Below the pieces are notes generated by a model that was not told where the DNA came from, ran no database searches, and saw nothing but the letters and a program-made list of their open reading frames with translations. A program made the position numbers and the translations under genes. Shown one piece after another: positions 48,701 through 63,700 of a DNA stretch of 64,000 nucleotides (within the stretch, counting starts at the first letter, position 1; every line of letters begins with the position of its first letter). Source of the stretch: Malacoraja senta (Eukaryota); NCBI GenBank assembly GCA_038087875.1, contig JAXLNO010000529.1, forward strand, positions 124,001-188,000, written 5' to 3'.

Positions 48701-51700
48701 GTGTGGGACTGTGGGGGACTGTGGGGACTGTGTGGGACTGTGGGGGACTGTGGGGACTGTGGGGACTGTGTGGGACTGTGGTGACTGTGTGGGACTGTGG
48801 GGAATGTGTGGGACTGTGTTGGACTGTGGGGACTGTGTGGGACTGTGTGGGACTGTGGGGGACTGTGGGGACTGTGTGGGACTGTGGGGACTGTGTGGGA
48901 CTGTGGGGACTGTGTGGGAATGTGGGGGACTGTGGGGACTGTGTGGGGGACTGTGGGGACTGTGGGGACTGTGGGGGAATGTGGGACTGTGGGGGACTGT
49001 GGGGACTGTGGGGACTGTGGGGGAATGTGGGACTGTGGGGGAATGTGCGACTGTGGGGGAATGTGGGGACTGTGGGGGGCTGTGGGACTGTGGGGACTGT
49101 GTGGGACTGTGTGGGGACTGTGGGACTGTGGGACTGTCGGGGACTGTGGGACTGTGGGACTGTGGGGGCTGTGGGGACTGTGTGGGACTGTGTGGGGATT
49201 GTGGGACTGTGTGGGGACTGTGGGGACTGTGGGGGCTGTGTGGGGACTGTGGGGACTGTGTGGGGACTGTGGGACTGTGGGGACTGTGGGGACTGTGGGA
49301 CTGTGTGGGGACTGTGGGGTCTGTGTGGGGACTGTGGGACTGTGTGGGGACTGTGTGGGACTGTGGGACTGTGTGGGACTGTGGGACTGTGTGGGGACTG
49401 TGTGGGACTGTGTGGGGACTGTGGGGACTGTGTGGGACTGTGGGGACTGTTGGACTGTGTGGGGACTGTGGGGGACTGTGTGGGGACTGTGGGACTGCGT
49501 GGGGACTGTGTGGACTGTGGGACTGTGGGACTGTGTGGGGACTGTGTGGGACTGTGTGGGGACTGTGGGACTGTGTGGGACTGTGTGGGACTGTGGGGAC
49601 TGTGGGGACTGTGGGGACTGTGGGGACTGTGGGGCTGTTTGGGACTGTGTGGGGACTGTGGGGACTGTGGGACTGTGTGGGACTGTGGGGACTGTGTGGG
49701 ACTGTGTGGGGACTGTGGGGACTGTGGGGACTGTGGGACTGTGTGGGACTGTGTGGGACTGTGTGGGGACTGTGGGACTGTGGGGGACTGTGTGGACTGT
49801 GGGGCTGTGGGACTGTGGGACTGTGTGGGGACTGTGGGGCTGTGTGGGGACTGTGGGACTGCGTGGGGACTGTGGGGGGACTGTGGGACTGTGTGGGGAC
49901 TGTGGGGACTGTGGGGACTGTGGGGACTGTGGGACTGTGTGGGGACTGTGGGACTGTGGGACTGTGTGGGGACTGTGGGACTGTGTGGGGACTGTGGGGA
50001 CTGTGGGACTGTGGGGACTGTGGGACTGTGTGGGACTGTGGGGACTGTGTGTGGGACTGTGGGACTGTGTGGGGACTGTGTGTGGGACTGTGGAGACTGT
50101 GTGGGGACTGTGGGGACTGTGGGGACTGTGTGGGGACTGTGTGGGGACTGTGGGGTCTGTGGGATTGTGTGGGACTGTGTGGGACTGTGTGGGGACTGTG
50201 TGGGGACTGTGGGGACTGTGTGGGACTGTGGGGACTGTATGGGGACTGCGTGGGACTGTGTGGGGACTGTGTGGGACTGTGGGGACTGTGTGGGACTGTG
50301 GGGGACTGTGGGGACTGTGTGGGACTGTGGGGGACTGTGGGGACTGTGGGGACTGTGTGGGACTGTGGGGACTGTGTGGGACTGTGGGGAATGTGTGGGA
50401 ATGTGTTGGACTGTGGGGACTGTGTGGGACTGTGTGGGACTGTGGGGGACTGTGTGGGACTGTGGGGACTGTGTGGGACTGTGTGGGGACTGTGGGGACT
50501 GTGTGGGACTGTGGGGGCTGTGGGCACTGTGTCGGACTGTGGGGACTGTGTGGGACTGTGGGGACTGTGGGGACTGTGTGGGACTGTGTGGGACTGTGGG
50601 GACTGTGTGGGGACTGTGGGGACTGTGTGGGACTGTGGGGACTGTGTGGGACTGTGTGGGACTGTGTGGGACTGTGGGGACTGTGTGGGACTGTGGGGAC
50701 TGTGTGGGACTGTGTGGGACTGTGGGTGACTGTGGGGACTGTGTGGGACTGTGGGGACTGTGTGGGACTGTGGGGACTGTGTGGGACTGTGGGGGACTGT
50801 GGGGACTGTGTGGGACTGTGTGGGACTGTGTGGGACTGTGGGGACTGTGTGGGACTTTGTGGGACTGTGGGGACTGTGTGGGGACTGTGTGGGACTGTGG
50901 GGACTGTGTGGGACTGTGGGGGACTGTGTGGGACTGTGTGGGACTGTGTGGGGACTGTGGGGACTGCTCGGGACTGTGTGGGGACTGTGGGACTGTGTGG
51001 GGAATGTGGGGAATGTGTGGGGACTGTGTGGGACTGTGGGGACTGTGGGACTGTGGGACTGTGGGACTGTGGGGACTGTGTGGGACTGTGTGGGACTGTG
51101 GGGACTCTGTGGGGACTGTGTGGGACTGTGGGGGACTGTGTGAGACTGTTTGGGACTGTGGGGACTGTGGGACTGTGGGGGACTGTGTGGGACTGTGGGG
51201 ACTGTGGGGACTGTGGGGCTGTTTGGAACTGTGTGGGGACTGTGGGGACTGTGGGACTGTGTGGGACTGGGGGGACTGTGTGGGAATGTGTGGGGACTGT
51301 GGGGACTGTGGGACTGTGTGGGACTGTGGGGACTGTGGGGACTGTGGGACTGTGTGGGACTGTGTGGGACTGTGTGGGGACTGTGGGACTGTGGGGGACT
51401 GTGGGGCTGTGGGACTGTGTGGGACTGTGGGACTGTGTGGGGACTGTGGGGCTGTGTGGGGACTGTGGGACTGCGTGGGGACTGTGGGGGGACTGTGGGA
51501 CTGTGTGGGGACTGAGGGGACTGTGGGGACTGTGGGACTGTGTGGGGACTGTGGGACTGTGGGACTGTGTGGGGACTGTGGGACTGTGTGGGGACTGTGG
51601 GGACTGTGGGACTGTGGGGACTGTGGGGAATGTGGGACTGTGGGGACTGTGTGTGGGACTGTGTGGGGACTGTGTGTGGGACTGTGGAGACTGTGTGGGG

Positions 51701-54700
51701 ACTGTGGGGACTGTGGGGACTGTGTGGGGACTGTGTGGGGACTGTGGGGACTGTGGGACTGTGTGGGACTGTGTGGGACTGTGTGGTGACTGTGTGGGGA
51801 CTGTGGGGACTGTGTGGGTCTGTGGGGACTGTATGGGGACCGCGTGGGACTGTGTGGGGACTGTGTGGGACTGTGGGGACTGTGTGGGACTGTGGGGGAC
51901 TGTGGGGACTGTGTGGGACTGTGGGGGACTGTGGGGACTGTGGGGACTGTGTGGGACTGTGGTGACGACTGTGGTGACTGTGTGGGACTGTGGGGAATGT
52001 GTGGGACTGTGTTGGACTGTGGGGACTGTGTGGGACTGTGTGGGACTGTGGGGGACTGTGGGGACTGTGTGGGACTGTGGGGACTGTGGGGACTGTGTGG
52101 GAATGTGGGGGACTGTGGGGACTGTGTGGGGGACTGTGGGGACTGTGGGGACTGTGGGGGAATGTGGGACTGTGGGGGACTGTGGGGACTGTGGGGGAAT
52201 GTGGGACTGTGCGGGAATGTGCGACTGTGGGGGAATGTGGGGACTGTGGGGGGCTGTGGGACTGTGGGGACTGTGTGGGACTGTGTGGGGACTGTGGGAC
52301 TGTGGGGACTGTGGGGCTGTTTGGGACTGTGTGGGGACTGTGTGGGACTGTGGGGACTGTGTGGGACTGTGTGGGGACTGTGGGGACTGTGGGACTGTGT
52401 GGGACTGTGTGGGACTGTGTGGGGACTGTGGGACTGTGGGGGACTGTGTGGACTCTGGGGCTGTGGGACTGTGTGGGACTGTGGGACTGTGTGGGGACTG
52501 TGGGGACTGTGGGGCTGTGTGGGGACTGTGGGACTGCGTGGGGACTGTGGGGGGACTGTGGGACTGTGTGGGGACTGTGGGGACTGTGGGGACTGTGGGG
52601 ACTGTGGGACTGTGTGGGGACTGTGGGACTGTGGGACTGTGTGGGGACTGTGGGACTGTGTGGGGACTGTGGGGACTGTGGGGACTGTGGGACTGTGTGG
52701 GACTGTGTGGGGACTGTGGGGACTGTGTGGGTCTGTGGGGGCTGTATGGGGACCGCGTGGGACTGTGTGGGGACTGTGTGGGACTGTGGGGACTGTGTGG
52801 GACTGTGGGGGACTGTGGGGACTGTGTGGGACTGTGGGGGACTGTGGGGACTGTGGGGACTGTGTGGGACTGTGGGGGACTGTGTGGGACTGTGTGGGAC
52901 TGTGTGGGACTGTGGGGACTGTGTGGGACTTTGTGGGACTGTGGGGACTGTGTGGGGACTGTGTGGGACTGTGGGGACTGTGTGGGACTGTGGGGGACTG
53001 TGTGGGACTGTGTGGGACTGTGTGGGGACTGTGTGGGGACTGTGGGGACTGCTCGGGACTGTGTGGGGACTGTGGGACTGTGTGGGGAATGTGGGGAATG
53101 TGTGGGGACTGTGTGGGACTGTGGGGACTGTGGGACTGTGGGACTGTGGGACTGTGGGGACTGTGTGGGACTGTGGGACTGTGTGGGACTGTGGGGACTG
53201 TGTGGGACTGTGGGGGACTGTGTGAGACTGTTTGGGACTGTGGGGACTGTGGGACTGTGGGGGGACTGTGTGGGACTGTGGGGACTGTGGGGACTGTGGG
53301 GCTGTTTGGGACTGTGTGGGGACTGTGGGGACTGTGGGACTGTGTGGGACTGGGGGGACTGTGTGGGAATGTGTGGGGACTGTGGGGACTGTGGGACTGT
53401 GTGGGACTGTGGGGACTGTGGGGACTGTGGGACTGTGTGGGACTGTGTGGGACTGTGTGGGGACTGTGGGACTGTGGGGGACTGTGTGGACTGTGGGGCT
53501 GTGGGACTGTGTGGGACTGTGGGACTGTGTGGGGACTGTGGGCTGTGTGGGGACTGTGGGACTGCGTGGGGACTGTGGGGGACTGTGGGACTGTGTGGGG
53601 ACTGTGGGGACTGAGGGGACTGTGGGGACTGTGGGACTGTGTGGGGACTGTGGGACTGTGGGACTGTGTGGGGACTGTGGGACTGTGTGGGGACTGTGGG
53701 GACTGTGGGACTGTGGGGACTGTGGGGAATGTGGGACTGTGGGGACTGTGTGTGGGACTGTGTGGGGACTGTGTGTGGGACTGGAGACTGTGTGGGGACT
53801 GTGGGGACTGTGGGGACTGTGTGGGGACTGTGGGGACTGTGGGACTGTGTGGGACTGTGTGGGACTGTGTGGTGACTGTGTGGGGACTGTGGGGACTGTG
53901 TGGGGTCTGTGGGGACTGTATGGGGACCGCGTGGGACTGTGTGGGGACTGTGTGGGACTGTGGGGACTGTGTGGGACTGTGGGGGACTGTGGGGACTGTG
54001 TGGGACTGTGGGGGACTGTGGGGACTGTGGGGACTGTGTGGACTGTGGTGACTGTGTGGGACTGTGGGGAATGTGTGGGACTGTGTTGGACTGTGGGGAC
54101 TGTGTGGGACTGTGGGGGACTGTGGGGACTGTGTGGGACTGTGGGGACGGTGGGGACTGTGTGGGAATGTGGGGGACTGTGGGGACTGTGTGGGGACTGT
54201 GGGGACTGTGGGGACTGTGGGGGAATGTGGGACTGTGGGGGACTGTGGGGACTGTGGGACTGTGTGGGAATGTGGGACTGTGCGGGAATGTGCGACTGTG
54301 GGGGAATGTGGGGACTGTGGGGGGCTGTGGGACTGTGGGGACTGTGTGGGACTGTGTGGGGACTGTGGGACTGTGGGGACTGTGGGGCTGTTTGGGACTG
54401 TGTGGGGACTGTGGGGACTGTGTGGGACTGTGGGGACTGTGTGGGACTGTGTGGGGACTGTGGGGACTGTGGGACTGTGTGGGACTGTGTGGGACTGTGT
54501 GGGACTGTGGACTGTGGGGGACTGTGTGGACTCTGGGGCTGTGGGACTGTGTGGGACTGTGGGACTGTGTGGGGACTGTGGGGACTGTGGGGCTGTGTGG
54601 GGACTGTGGGACTGCGTGGGGACTGTGGGGGGACTGTGGGACTGTGTGGGGACTGTGGGGACTGTGGGGACTGTGGGGACTGTGGGACTGTGTGGGGACT

Positions 54701-57700
54701 GTGGGACTGTGGGACTGTGTGGGGACTGTGGGACTGTGTGGGGACTGTGGGGACTGTGGGGACTGTGGGACTGTGTGGGACTGTGTGGGGACTGTGGGGA
54801 CTGTGTGGGTCTGTGGGGGCTGTATGGGGACCGCGTGGGACTGTGTGGGGACTGTGTGGGACTGTGGGGACTGTGTGGGACTGTGGGGGACTGTGGGGAC
54901 TGTGTGGGACTGTGGGGGACTGTGGGGACTGTGGGGACTGTGTGGGACTGTGGTGACTGTGTGGGACTGTGGGGAATGTGTGGGACTGTGTTGGACTGTG
55001 TGGGACTGTGTGGGACTGTGGGGACTGTGGGGACTGTGTGGGACTGTGGGGGACTGTGTGGGACTGTGGGGACTGTGTGGGAATGTGGGGGACTGTGGGG
55101 ACTGTGTGGGGGACTGTGGGGACTGTGGGGACTGTGGGGGGATGTGGGACTGTGGGGGACTGTGGGGACTGTGGGGACTGTGGGGGAATGTGGGACTGTG
55201 GGGGAATGTGCGACTGTGGGGGAATGTGGGGACTGTGGGGGGGCTGTGGGACTGTGGGGACTGTGTGGGACTGTGTGGGGACTGTGGGACTGTGGGACTG
55301 TCGGGGACTGTGGGACTGTGGGGACTGTGGGGGCTGTGGGGGCTGTGGGGACTGTGTGGGACTGTGTGGGGGATTGTGGGACTGTGTGGGGACTGTGGGG
55401 ACTGTGGGGGCTGTGTGGGGACTGTGGGGAATGTGGGGACTGTGTGGGGACTGTGGGACTGTGTGGGGACTGTGGGGACTGTGGGACTGTGTGGGACTGT
55501 GGGGTCTGTGTGGGGACTGTGGGACTGTGTGGGGACTGTGTGGACTATGGGACTGTGTGGGACTGTGGGACTGTGTGGGGACTGTGTGGGACTGTGTGGG
55601 GACTGTGGGGACTGTGTGGGACTGTGGGGACTGTGGGACTGTGGGGGACTGTGTGGGGACTGTGGGACTGTGTGGGGACTGTGTGGACTGTGGGACTGTG
55701 TGGGACTGTGGGACTGTGTGGGGACTGTGTGGGACTGTGTGGGGACTGTGGGACTGTGTGGGACTGTGTGGGACTGTGGGGACTGTGGGGACTGTGGGGA
55801 CTGTGGGGCTGTTTGGGACTGTGTGGGGACTGTGGGGACTGTGGGACTGTGTGGGACTGTGGGGACTGTGTGGGACTGTGTGGGGACTGTGGGGACTGTG
55901 GGACTGTGTGGGACTGTGTGGGACTGTGTGGGGACTGTGGGACTGTGGGGGACTGTGTGGACTGTGGGGCTGTGGGACTGTGTGGGACTGTGGGACTGTG
56001 TGGGGACTGTGGGGACTGTGGGGCTGTGTGGGGACTGTGGGACTACGTGGGACTGTGGGGGGACTGTGGGACTGTGTGGGGACTGTGGGGACTGTGGGGA
56101 CTGTGGGGACTGTGGGACTGTGTGGGGACTGTGGGACTGTGGGACTGTGTGGGGACTGTGGGACTGTGTGGGGACTGTGGGACTGTGGGGACTGTGGGGA
56201 CTGTGGGACTGTGTGGGACTGTGGGGACTGTGTGTGGGACTGTGGGACTGTGTGGGGACTGTGTGTGGGACTGTGGAGACTGTGTGGGGACTGTGGGGAC
56301 TGTGGGGACTGTGTGGGGACTGTGTGGGGACTGTGGGGACTGTGGGACTGTGTGGGACTGTGTGGGACTGTGTGGGACTGTGTGGGGACTGTGTGGGGAC
56401 TGTGGGGACTGTGTGGGACTGTGGGGACTGTATGGGGACTGCGTGGGACTGTGTGGGGACTGTGTGGGACTGTGGGGACTGTGTGGGACTGTGGGGACTG
56501 TGTGGGACTGTGGGGGACTGTGGGGACTGTGGGGACTGTGTGGACTGTGGGGACTGTGGGGATTGTGTGGGAATGTGTTGGACTGTGGGGACTGTGTGGG
56601 ACTGTGTGGGACTGTGGGGGACTGTGTGGGCTGTGGGACTGTGTGGGACTGTGGGGACTGTGTGGGACTGTGTGGGGACTGTGGGGACTGTGTGGGACTG
56701 TGGGGGCTGTGGGGACTGTGTGGGACTGTGTGGGACTGTGGGGACTGTGGGGACTGTGTGGGACTGTGTGGGACTGTGGGGGACTGTGTGGGGACTGTGG
56801 GGACTGTGTGGGACTGTGGGGACTTTGTGGGACTGTGTGGGACTGTGTGGGACTGTGTGGGACTGTGGGGACTGTGTGGGACTGTGGGGACTGTGTGGGA
56901 CTGTGTGGGACTGTGGGTGACTGCGGGGACTGTGTGGGACTGTGGGGACTGTGTGGGACTGTGGGGACTGTGTGGGACTGTGGGGGACTGTGGGGACTGT
57001 GGGACTGTGTGGGACTGTGGGGACTGTGTGGGACTGTGGGGACTGTGTGGGACTTTGTGGGACTGTGTGGGGACTGTGTGGGACTGTGGGGACTGTGTGG
57101 GACTGTAGGGGACTGTGGGGGACTGTGTGGGGACTGTGTGGGACTGTGTGGGGACTGTGGGGACTGTGGGGGACTGTGTGGGACTGTGTGGGGACTGTGT
57201 GGGGACTGTGTGGGGACTGTGTGGGACTGTGGGACTGCTCGGGACTGTGTGGGGACTGTGGGACTGTGTGGGGAATGTGGGGAATGTGTGGGGACTGTGT
57301 GGGACTGTGGGGACTGTGTGGGACTGTGGGACTGTGGGACTGTGGGGACTGTGTGGACTGTGGGACTGTGTGGGACTGTGGGGACTCTGTGGGGACTGTG
57401 GGGGACTGTGTGGGACTGTTTGGGACTGTGGGGACTGTGGGGGACTGTGGGGATTGTGTGGGAATGTGTTGGACTGTGGGGACTGTGTGGGACTGTGTGG
57501 GACTGTGGGGACTGTGTGGGACTGTGGGACTGTGTGGGACTGTGGGGACTGTGTGGGACTGTGTGGGGACTGTGGGGACTGTGTGGGACTGTGGGGGCTG
57601 TGGGACTGTGTGGGACTGTGGGGACTGTGTGGGACTGTGGGGACTGTGGGGACTGTGTGGGACTGTGTGGGACTGTGGGGACTGTGTGGGGACTGTGGGG

Positions 57701-60700
57701 ACTGTGTGGGACTGTGGGGACTTTGTGGGACTGTGTGGGACTGTGTGGGACTGTGTGGGACTGTGGGGACTGTGTGGGACTGTGGGACTGTGTGGGACTG
57801 TGTGGGACTGTGGGTGACTGCGGGGACTGTGTGGGACTGTGGGGACTGTGTGGGACTGTGGGGACTGTGTGGGACTGTGGGGGACTGTGGGGACTGTGGG
57901 ACTGTGTGGGACTGTGGGGACTGTGTGGGACTGTGGGGACTTTGTGGGACTGTGGGGACTGTGTGGGGACTGTGTGGGACTGTGGGACTGTGGGGGACTG
58001 TGGGGGACTGTGTGGGACTGTGTGGGGACTGTGGGGACTGTGGGGGACTGTGTGGGACTGTGGGACTGTGTGGGGACTGTGTGGGGACTGTGTGGGGACT
58101 GTGTGGGGACTGTGGGGACTGCTCGGGACTGTGTGGGGACTGTGGGACTGTGTGGGGAATGTGGGGAATGTGTGGGGACTGTGTGGGACTGTGGGGACTG
58201 TGTGGGACTGTGGGACTGTGGGACTGTGGGGACTGTGTGGGACTGTGGGACTGTGTGGGACTGTGGGGACTCTGTGGGGACTGTGGGGGACTGTGTGGGA
58301 CTGTTTGGGACTGTGGGGACTGTGGGACTGTGGGGACTGTGTGGGACTGTGGGGGACTGTGGGGACTGTGGGACTGTGTGGGACTGGGACTGTGGGGACT
58401 GTGGGGACTGTGTGGGACTGTGGGGACTGTGGGACTGTGGGGAATGTGTGGGGACTGTGTTGGACTGTGGGGACTGTGTGGGACTGTGTGGGACTGTGGG
58501 GGATTGTGTGGGACTGTGGGACTGTGTGGGACTGTGGGGACTGTGTGGGACTGTGTGGGGACTGTGGGGACTGTGTGGGACTGTGGGGGACTGTGGGGAC
58601 TGTGTGGGACTGTGGGGACTGTGTGGGACTGTGGGGACTGTGGGGACTGTGTGGGAATGTGGGACTGTGTGGGGACTGTGGGGACTGTGTGGGACTGTGG
58701 GGACTGTGTGGGACTGTGTGGGACTGTGTGGGACTGTGGGGACTGTGTGGGACTGTGGGGACTGTGTGGGACTGTGTGGGACTGTGGGGGACTGTGGGGA
58801 CTGTGTGGGACTGTGTGGGACTGTGGGGACTGTGTGGGACTGTGGGGGACTGTGGGGAATGTGTGGGACTGTGTGGGACTGTGGGGACTGTGTGGGACTG
58901 TGGGGACTGTGTGGGACTGTGTGGGACTGTGGGGACTGTGTGGGGACTGTGTGGGACTGTGGGGCTGTGGGGGACTGTGTGGGACTGTGTGGGACTGTGT
59001 GGGGACTGTGGGGACTGTGGGGGACTGTGTGGGACTGTGGGACTGTGTGTGACTGTGTGGGACTGTGTGGGGACTGTTTGGGGACTGTATGGGGACTGTG
59101 GGGACTGTGGGGACTGCGTGGGACTGTGTGGGGACTGTGGGACTGTGTGGGGACTGTGGGGAATGTGTGGGGACTGTGTGGGACTGTAGGGACTGTGTGG
59201 GACTGTGTGGGACTGTGTGGGGACTGTGGGACTGTGGGGGACTGTGTGGACTGTGGGGCTGTGGGACTGTGTGGGACTGTGGGACTGTGTGGGGACTGTG
59301 GGGACTGTGGGGCTGTGTGGGGACTGTGGGACTGCGTGGGGACTGTGGGGGGACTGTGGGACTGTGTGGGGACTGTGGGGACTGTGGGGACTGTGGGGAC
59401 TGTGGGACTGTGTGGGGACTGTGGGACTGTGGGACTGTGTGGGGACTGTGGGACTGTGTGGGGACTGTGGGACTGTGGGGACTGTGGGGACTGTGGGACT
59501 GTGTGGGACTGTGGGGACTGTGTGTGGGACTGTGTGGGGACTGTGTGTGGGACTGTGGAGACTGTGTGGGGACTGTGGGGACTGTGGGGACTGTGTGGGG
59601 ACTGTGTGGGGACTGTGGGGACTGTGGGACTGTGTGGGACTGTGTGGGACTGTGTGGGACTGTGTGGGGACTGTGTGGGGACTGTGGGGACTGTGTGGGA
59701 CTGTATGGGGACTGCGTGGGACTGTGTGGGGACTGTGTGGGACTGTGGGGACTGTGTGGGACTGTGGGGACTGTGTGGGACTGTGGGGACTGTGGGGACT
59801 GTGGGGACTGTGTGGGACTGTGGGGACTGTGGGGATTGTGTGGGAATGTGTTGGACTGTGGGGACTGTGTGGGACTGTGGGGACTGTGTGGGACTGTGGG
59901 ACTGTGTGGGACTGTGGGGACTGTGTGGGACTGTGTGGGGACTGTGGGGACTGTGTGGGACTGTGGGGGCTGTGGGGACTGTGTGGGACTGTGTGGGACT
60001 GTGGGGACTGTGGGGACTGTGTGGGACTGTGTGGGACTGTGGGGACTGTGTGGGGACTGTGGGGACTGTGTGGGACTGTGGGGACTTTGTGGGACTGTGT
60101 GGGACTGTGTGGGACTGTGTGGGACTGTGGGGACTGTGTGGGACTGTGGGGACTGTGTGGGACTGTGGGTGACTGCGGGGACTGTGTGGGACTGTGGGGG
60201 ACTGTGTGGGACTGTGGGGACTGTGGGGGACTGTGGGGACTGTGGGACTGTGTGGGACTGTGGGGACTGTGTGGGACTGTGGGGACTGTGTGGGACTTTG
60301 TGGGACTGTGTGGGGACTGTGTGGGACTGTGGGGACTGTGTGGGACTGTAGGGGACTGTGGGGGACTGTGTGGGACTGTGTGGGACTGTGTGGGGACTGT
60401 GGGGACTGTGGGGGACTGTGTGGGACTGTGGGACTGTGTGGGGACTGTGTGGGACTGTGTGGGGACTGTGGGGACTGCTCGGGACTGTGTGGGGACTGTG
60501 GGACTGTGTGGGGAATGTGGGGAATGTGTGGGGACTGTGTGGGACTGTGGGGACTGTGTGGGACTGTGGGACTGTGGGGACTGTGGGGACTGTGTGGGAC
60601 TGTGGGACTGTGTGGGACTGTGGGGACTCTGTGGGGACTGTGGGGGACTGTGTGGGACTGTTTGGGACTGTGGGGACTGTGGGGGACTGTGGGGATTGTG

Positions 60701-63700
60701 TGGGAATGTGTTGGACTGTGGGGACTGTGTGGGACTGTGTGGGACTGTGGGGGACTGTGTGGGACTGTGGGACTGTGTGGGACTGTGGGGACTGTGTGGG
60801 ACTGTGTGGGGACTGTGGGGACTGTGTGGGACTGTGGGGGCTGTGGGGACTGTGTGGGACTGTGGGGACTGTGTGGGACTGTGGGGACTGTGGGGACTGT
60901 GTGGGACTGTGTGGGACTGTGGGGACTGTGTGGGGACTGTGGGGACTGTGTGGGACTGTGGGGACTGTGTGGGACTGTGTGGGACTGTGTGGGACTGTGG
61001 GGACTGTGTGGGACTGTGTGGGACTGTGTGGGACTGTGGGTGACTGCGGGGACTGTGTGGACTGTGGGGACTGTGTGGGACTGTGGGGACTGTGTGGGAC
61101 TGTGGGGGACTGTGGGACTGTGGGACTGTGTGGGACTGTGGGGACTGTGTGGGACTGTGGGGACTTTTGTGCGACTGTGGGGACTGTGTGGGGACTGTGG
61201 GGACTGTGGGGACTGTGTGGGACTGTGGGGACTGTGGGGGACTGTGTGGGACTGTGTGGGGACTGTGGGGACTGTGGGGGACTGTGTGGACTGTGGGACT
61301 GTGTGGGGACTGTGTGGGGACTGTGTGGGGACTGTGTGGGGACTGTGGGGACTGCTCGGGACTGTGTGGGGACTGTGGGACTGTGTGGGGAATGTGGGGA
61401 ATGTGTGGGGACTGTGTGGGACTGTGGGGACTGTGTGGGGACTGTGGGACTGTGGGACTGTGGGGACTGTGTGGGACTGTGGGACTGTGTGGGACTGTGG
61501 GGACTCTGTGGGGACTGTGGGGGACTGTGTGGGACTGTTGGGGACTGTGGGGACTGTGGGACTGTGGGGACTGTGTGGGACTGTGGGGGACTGTGGGGAC
61601 TGTGGGACTGTGTGGGACTGGGGACTGTGGGGGACTGTGGGGACTGTGTGGGACTGTGGGGACTGTGGGACTGTGGGGAATGTGTGGGACTGTGTTGGAC
61701 TGTGGGGACTGTGTGGGACTGTGTGGGACTGTGGGGATTGTGTGGGACTGTGGGACTGTGTGGGACTGTGGGGACTGTGTGGGACTGTGTGGGGACTGTG
61801 GGGACTGTGGGGGACTGTGGGACTGTGTGGGGACTGTGGGGACTGTGTGGGACTGTGGGGACTGTGGGGACTGTGTGGGACTGTGGGGACTGTGTGGGGA
61901 CTGTGGGGACTGTGTGGGACTGTGGGGACTGTGTGGGACTGTGTGGGACTGTGTGGGACTGTGGGGACTGTGTGGGACTGTGGGGACTGTGTGGGACTGT
62001 GGGGGACTGTGGGGACTGTGTGGGACTGTGTGGGACTGTGGGGACTGTGTGGGACTGTGGGGACTGTGGGGAATGTGTGGGACTGTGTGGGACTGTGGGG
62101 ACTGTGTGGGACTGTGGGGACTGTGTGGGACTGTGTGGGACTGTGGGGACTGTGTGGGGACTGTGTGGACTGTGGGGACTATGTGGGGCTGTGGGGACTG
62201 TGTGGGACTGTGTGGGGACTGTGGGGACTGTGGGGGACTGTGTGGGGACTGTGGGACTGTGTGTGACTGTGTGGGACTGTTTGGGGACTGTATGGGGACT
62301 GTGGGACTGCGTGGGACTGTGTGGGGCTGTGGGACTGTGTGGGGACTGTGGGGAATGTGTGGGGACTGTGTGGGACTGTAGGGACTGTGTGGGACTGTGG
62401 GACTGTGTGGGACTGTGGGGACTGTGTGGGACTGTGGGACTGTGGGGACTGTGTGGGACTGTGGGGACTGTGGGGGACTGTGGGGGACTGTGGGGACTGT
62501 GTGGGACTGTGGGGACTGTGTGGGACTGTGGGGACTGTGGGGACTGGGTGGGACTGTGTGGGACTGTGGGGACTGTGGGGACTGTGGGGACTGTGTGGGA
62601 CTGTGGGGACTGTGTGGGACTGTGTGGGACTGTGTGGGACTGTGTGGGACTGTGGGGACTGTGTGGGACTGTGGGGACTGTGTGGGACTGTGTGGGACTG
62701 TGGGGACTGTGGGGACTGTGTGGGACTGTGGGGACTGTGTGGGACTGTGTGGGACTGTGGGGGACTGTGGGGACTGTGGGGACTGTGTGGGACTGTGTGG
62801 GACTGTGGGGACTGTGTGGGACTGTGGGGACTGTGTGGGACTGTGTGGGACTGTGGGGACTGTGTGGGGACTGTGTGGGACTGTGGGGACTGTGGGGACT
62901 GTGTGGGACTGTGTGGGACTGTGTGGGGACTGTGGGGGACTGTGGGACTGTGTGGGACTGTGTGGGGACTGTGTGGGGACTGTGTGGGACTGTGGGGACT
63001 GCGTGGGACTGTGTGGGGACTGTGGGACTGTGTGGGGACTGTGGGGAATGTGTGGGGACTGTGGGGACTGTGTGGGACTGTGGGACTGTGTGGGACTGTG
63101 GGGACTGTGTGGGACTGTGGGACTGTGTGGGACTGTGGGGGACTGTGTGGGACTGTGGGGACTGTGGGGACTCTGTGGGGACTGTGTGGGACTGTGGGGG
63201 ACTGTGTGGGACTGTTTGGGACTGTGGGGACTGTGGGACTGTGGGGAATGTGTGGGACTGTGGGGGACTGTGGGGACTGTGTGGGACTGTGGGGACTGTG
63301 TGGGACTGTGGGGACTGTGGGACTGTGTGGGACTGTGGGGACTGTGTGGGGACTGTGGGGACTGTGTGGGACTGTGGGGACTGTGTGGGACTGTGTGGGA
63401 CTGTGTGGGACTGTGGGGACTGTGTGGGACTGTGGGACTGTGTGGGACTGTGGGGGACTGTGGGGACTGTGTGGGACTGTGTGGGACTGTGGGGACTGTG
63501 TGGGACTGTGGGGGACTGTGGGGAATGTGTGGGACTGTGTGGGACTGTGGGGACTGTGTGGGACTGTGGGGACTGTGTGGGACTGTGTGGGACTGTGGGG
63601 ACTGTGTGGGGACTGTGTGGGACTGTGGGGGACTATGTGGGGCTGTGGGGGACTGTGTGGGACTGTGTGGGGACTGTGGGGACTGTGGGGGACTGTGTGG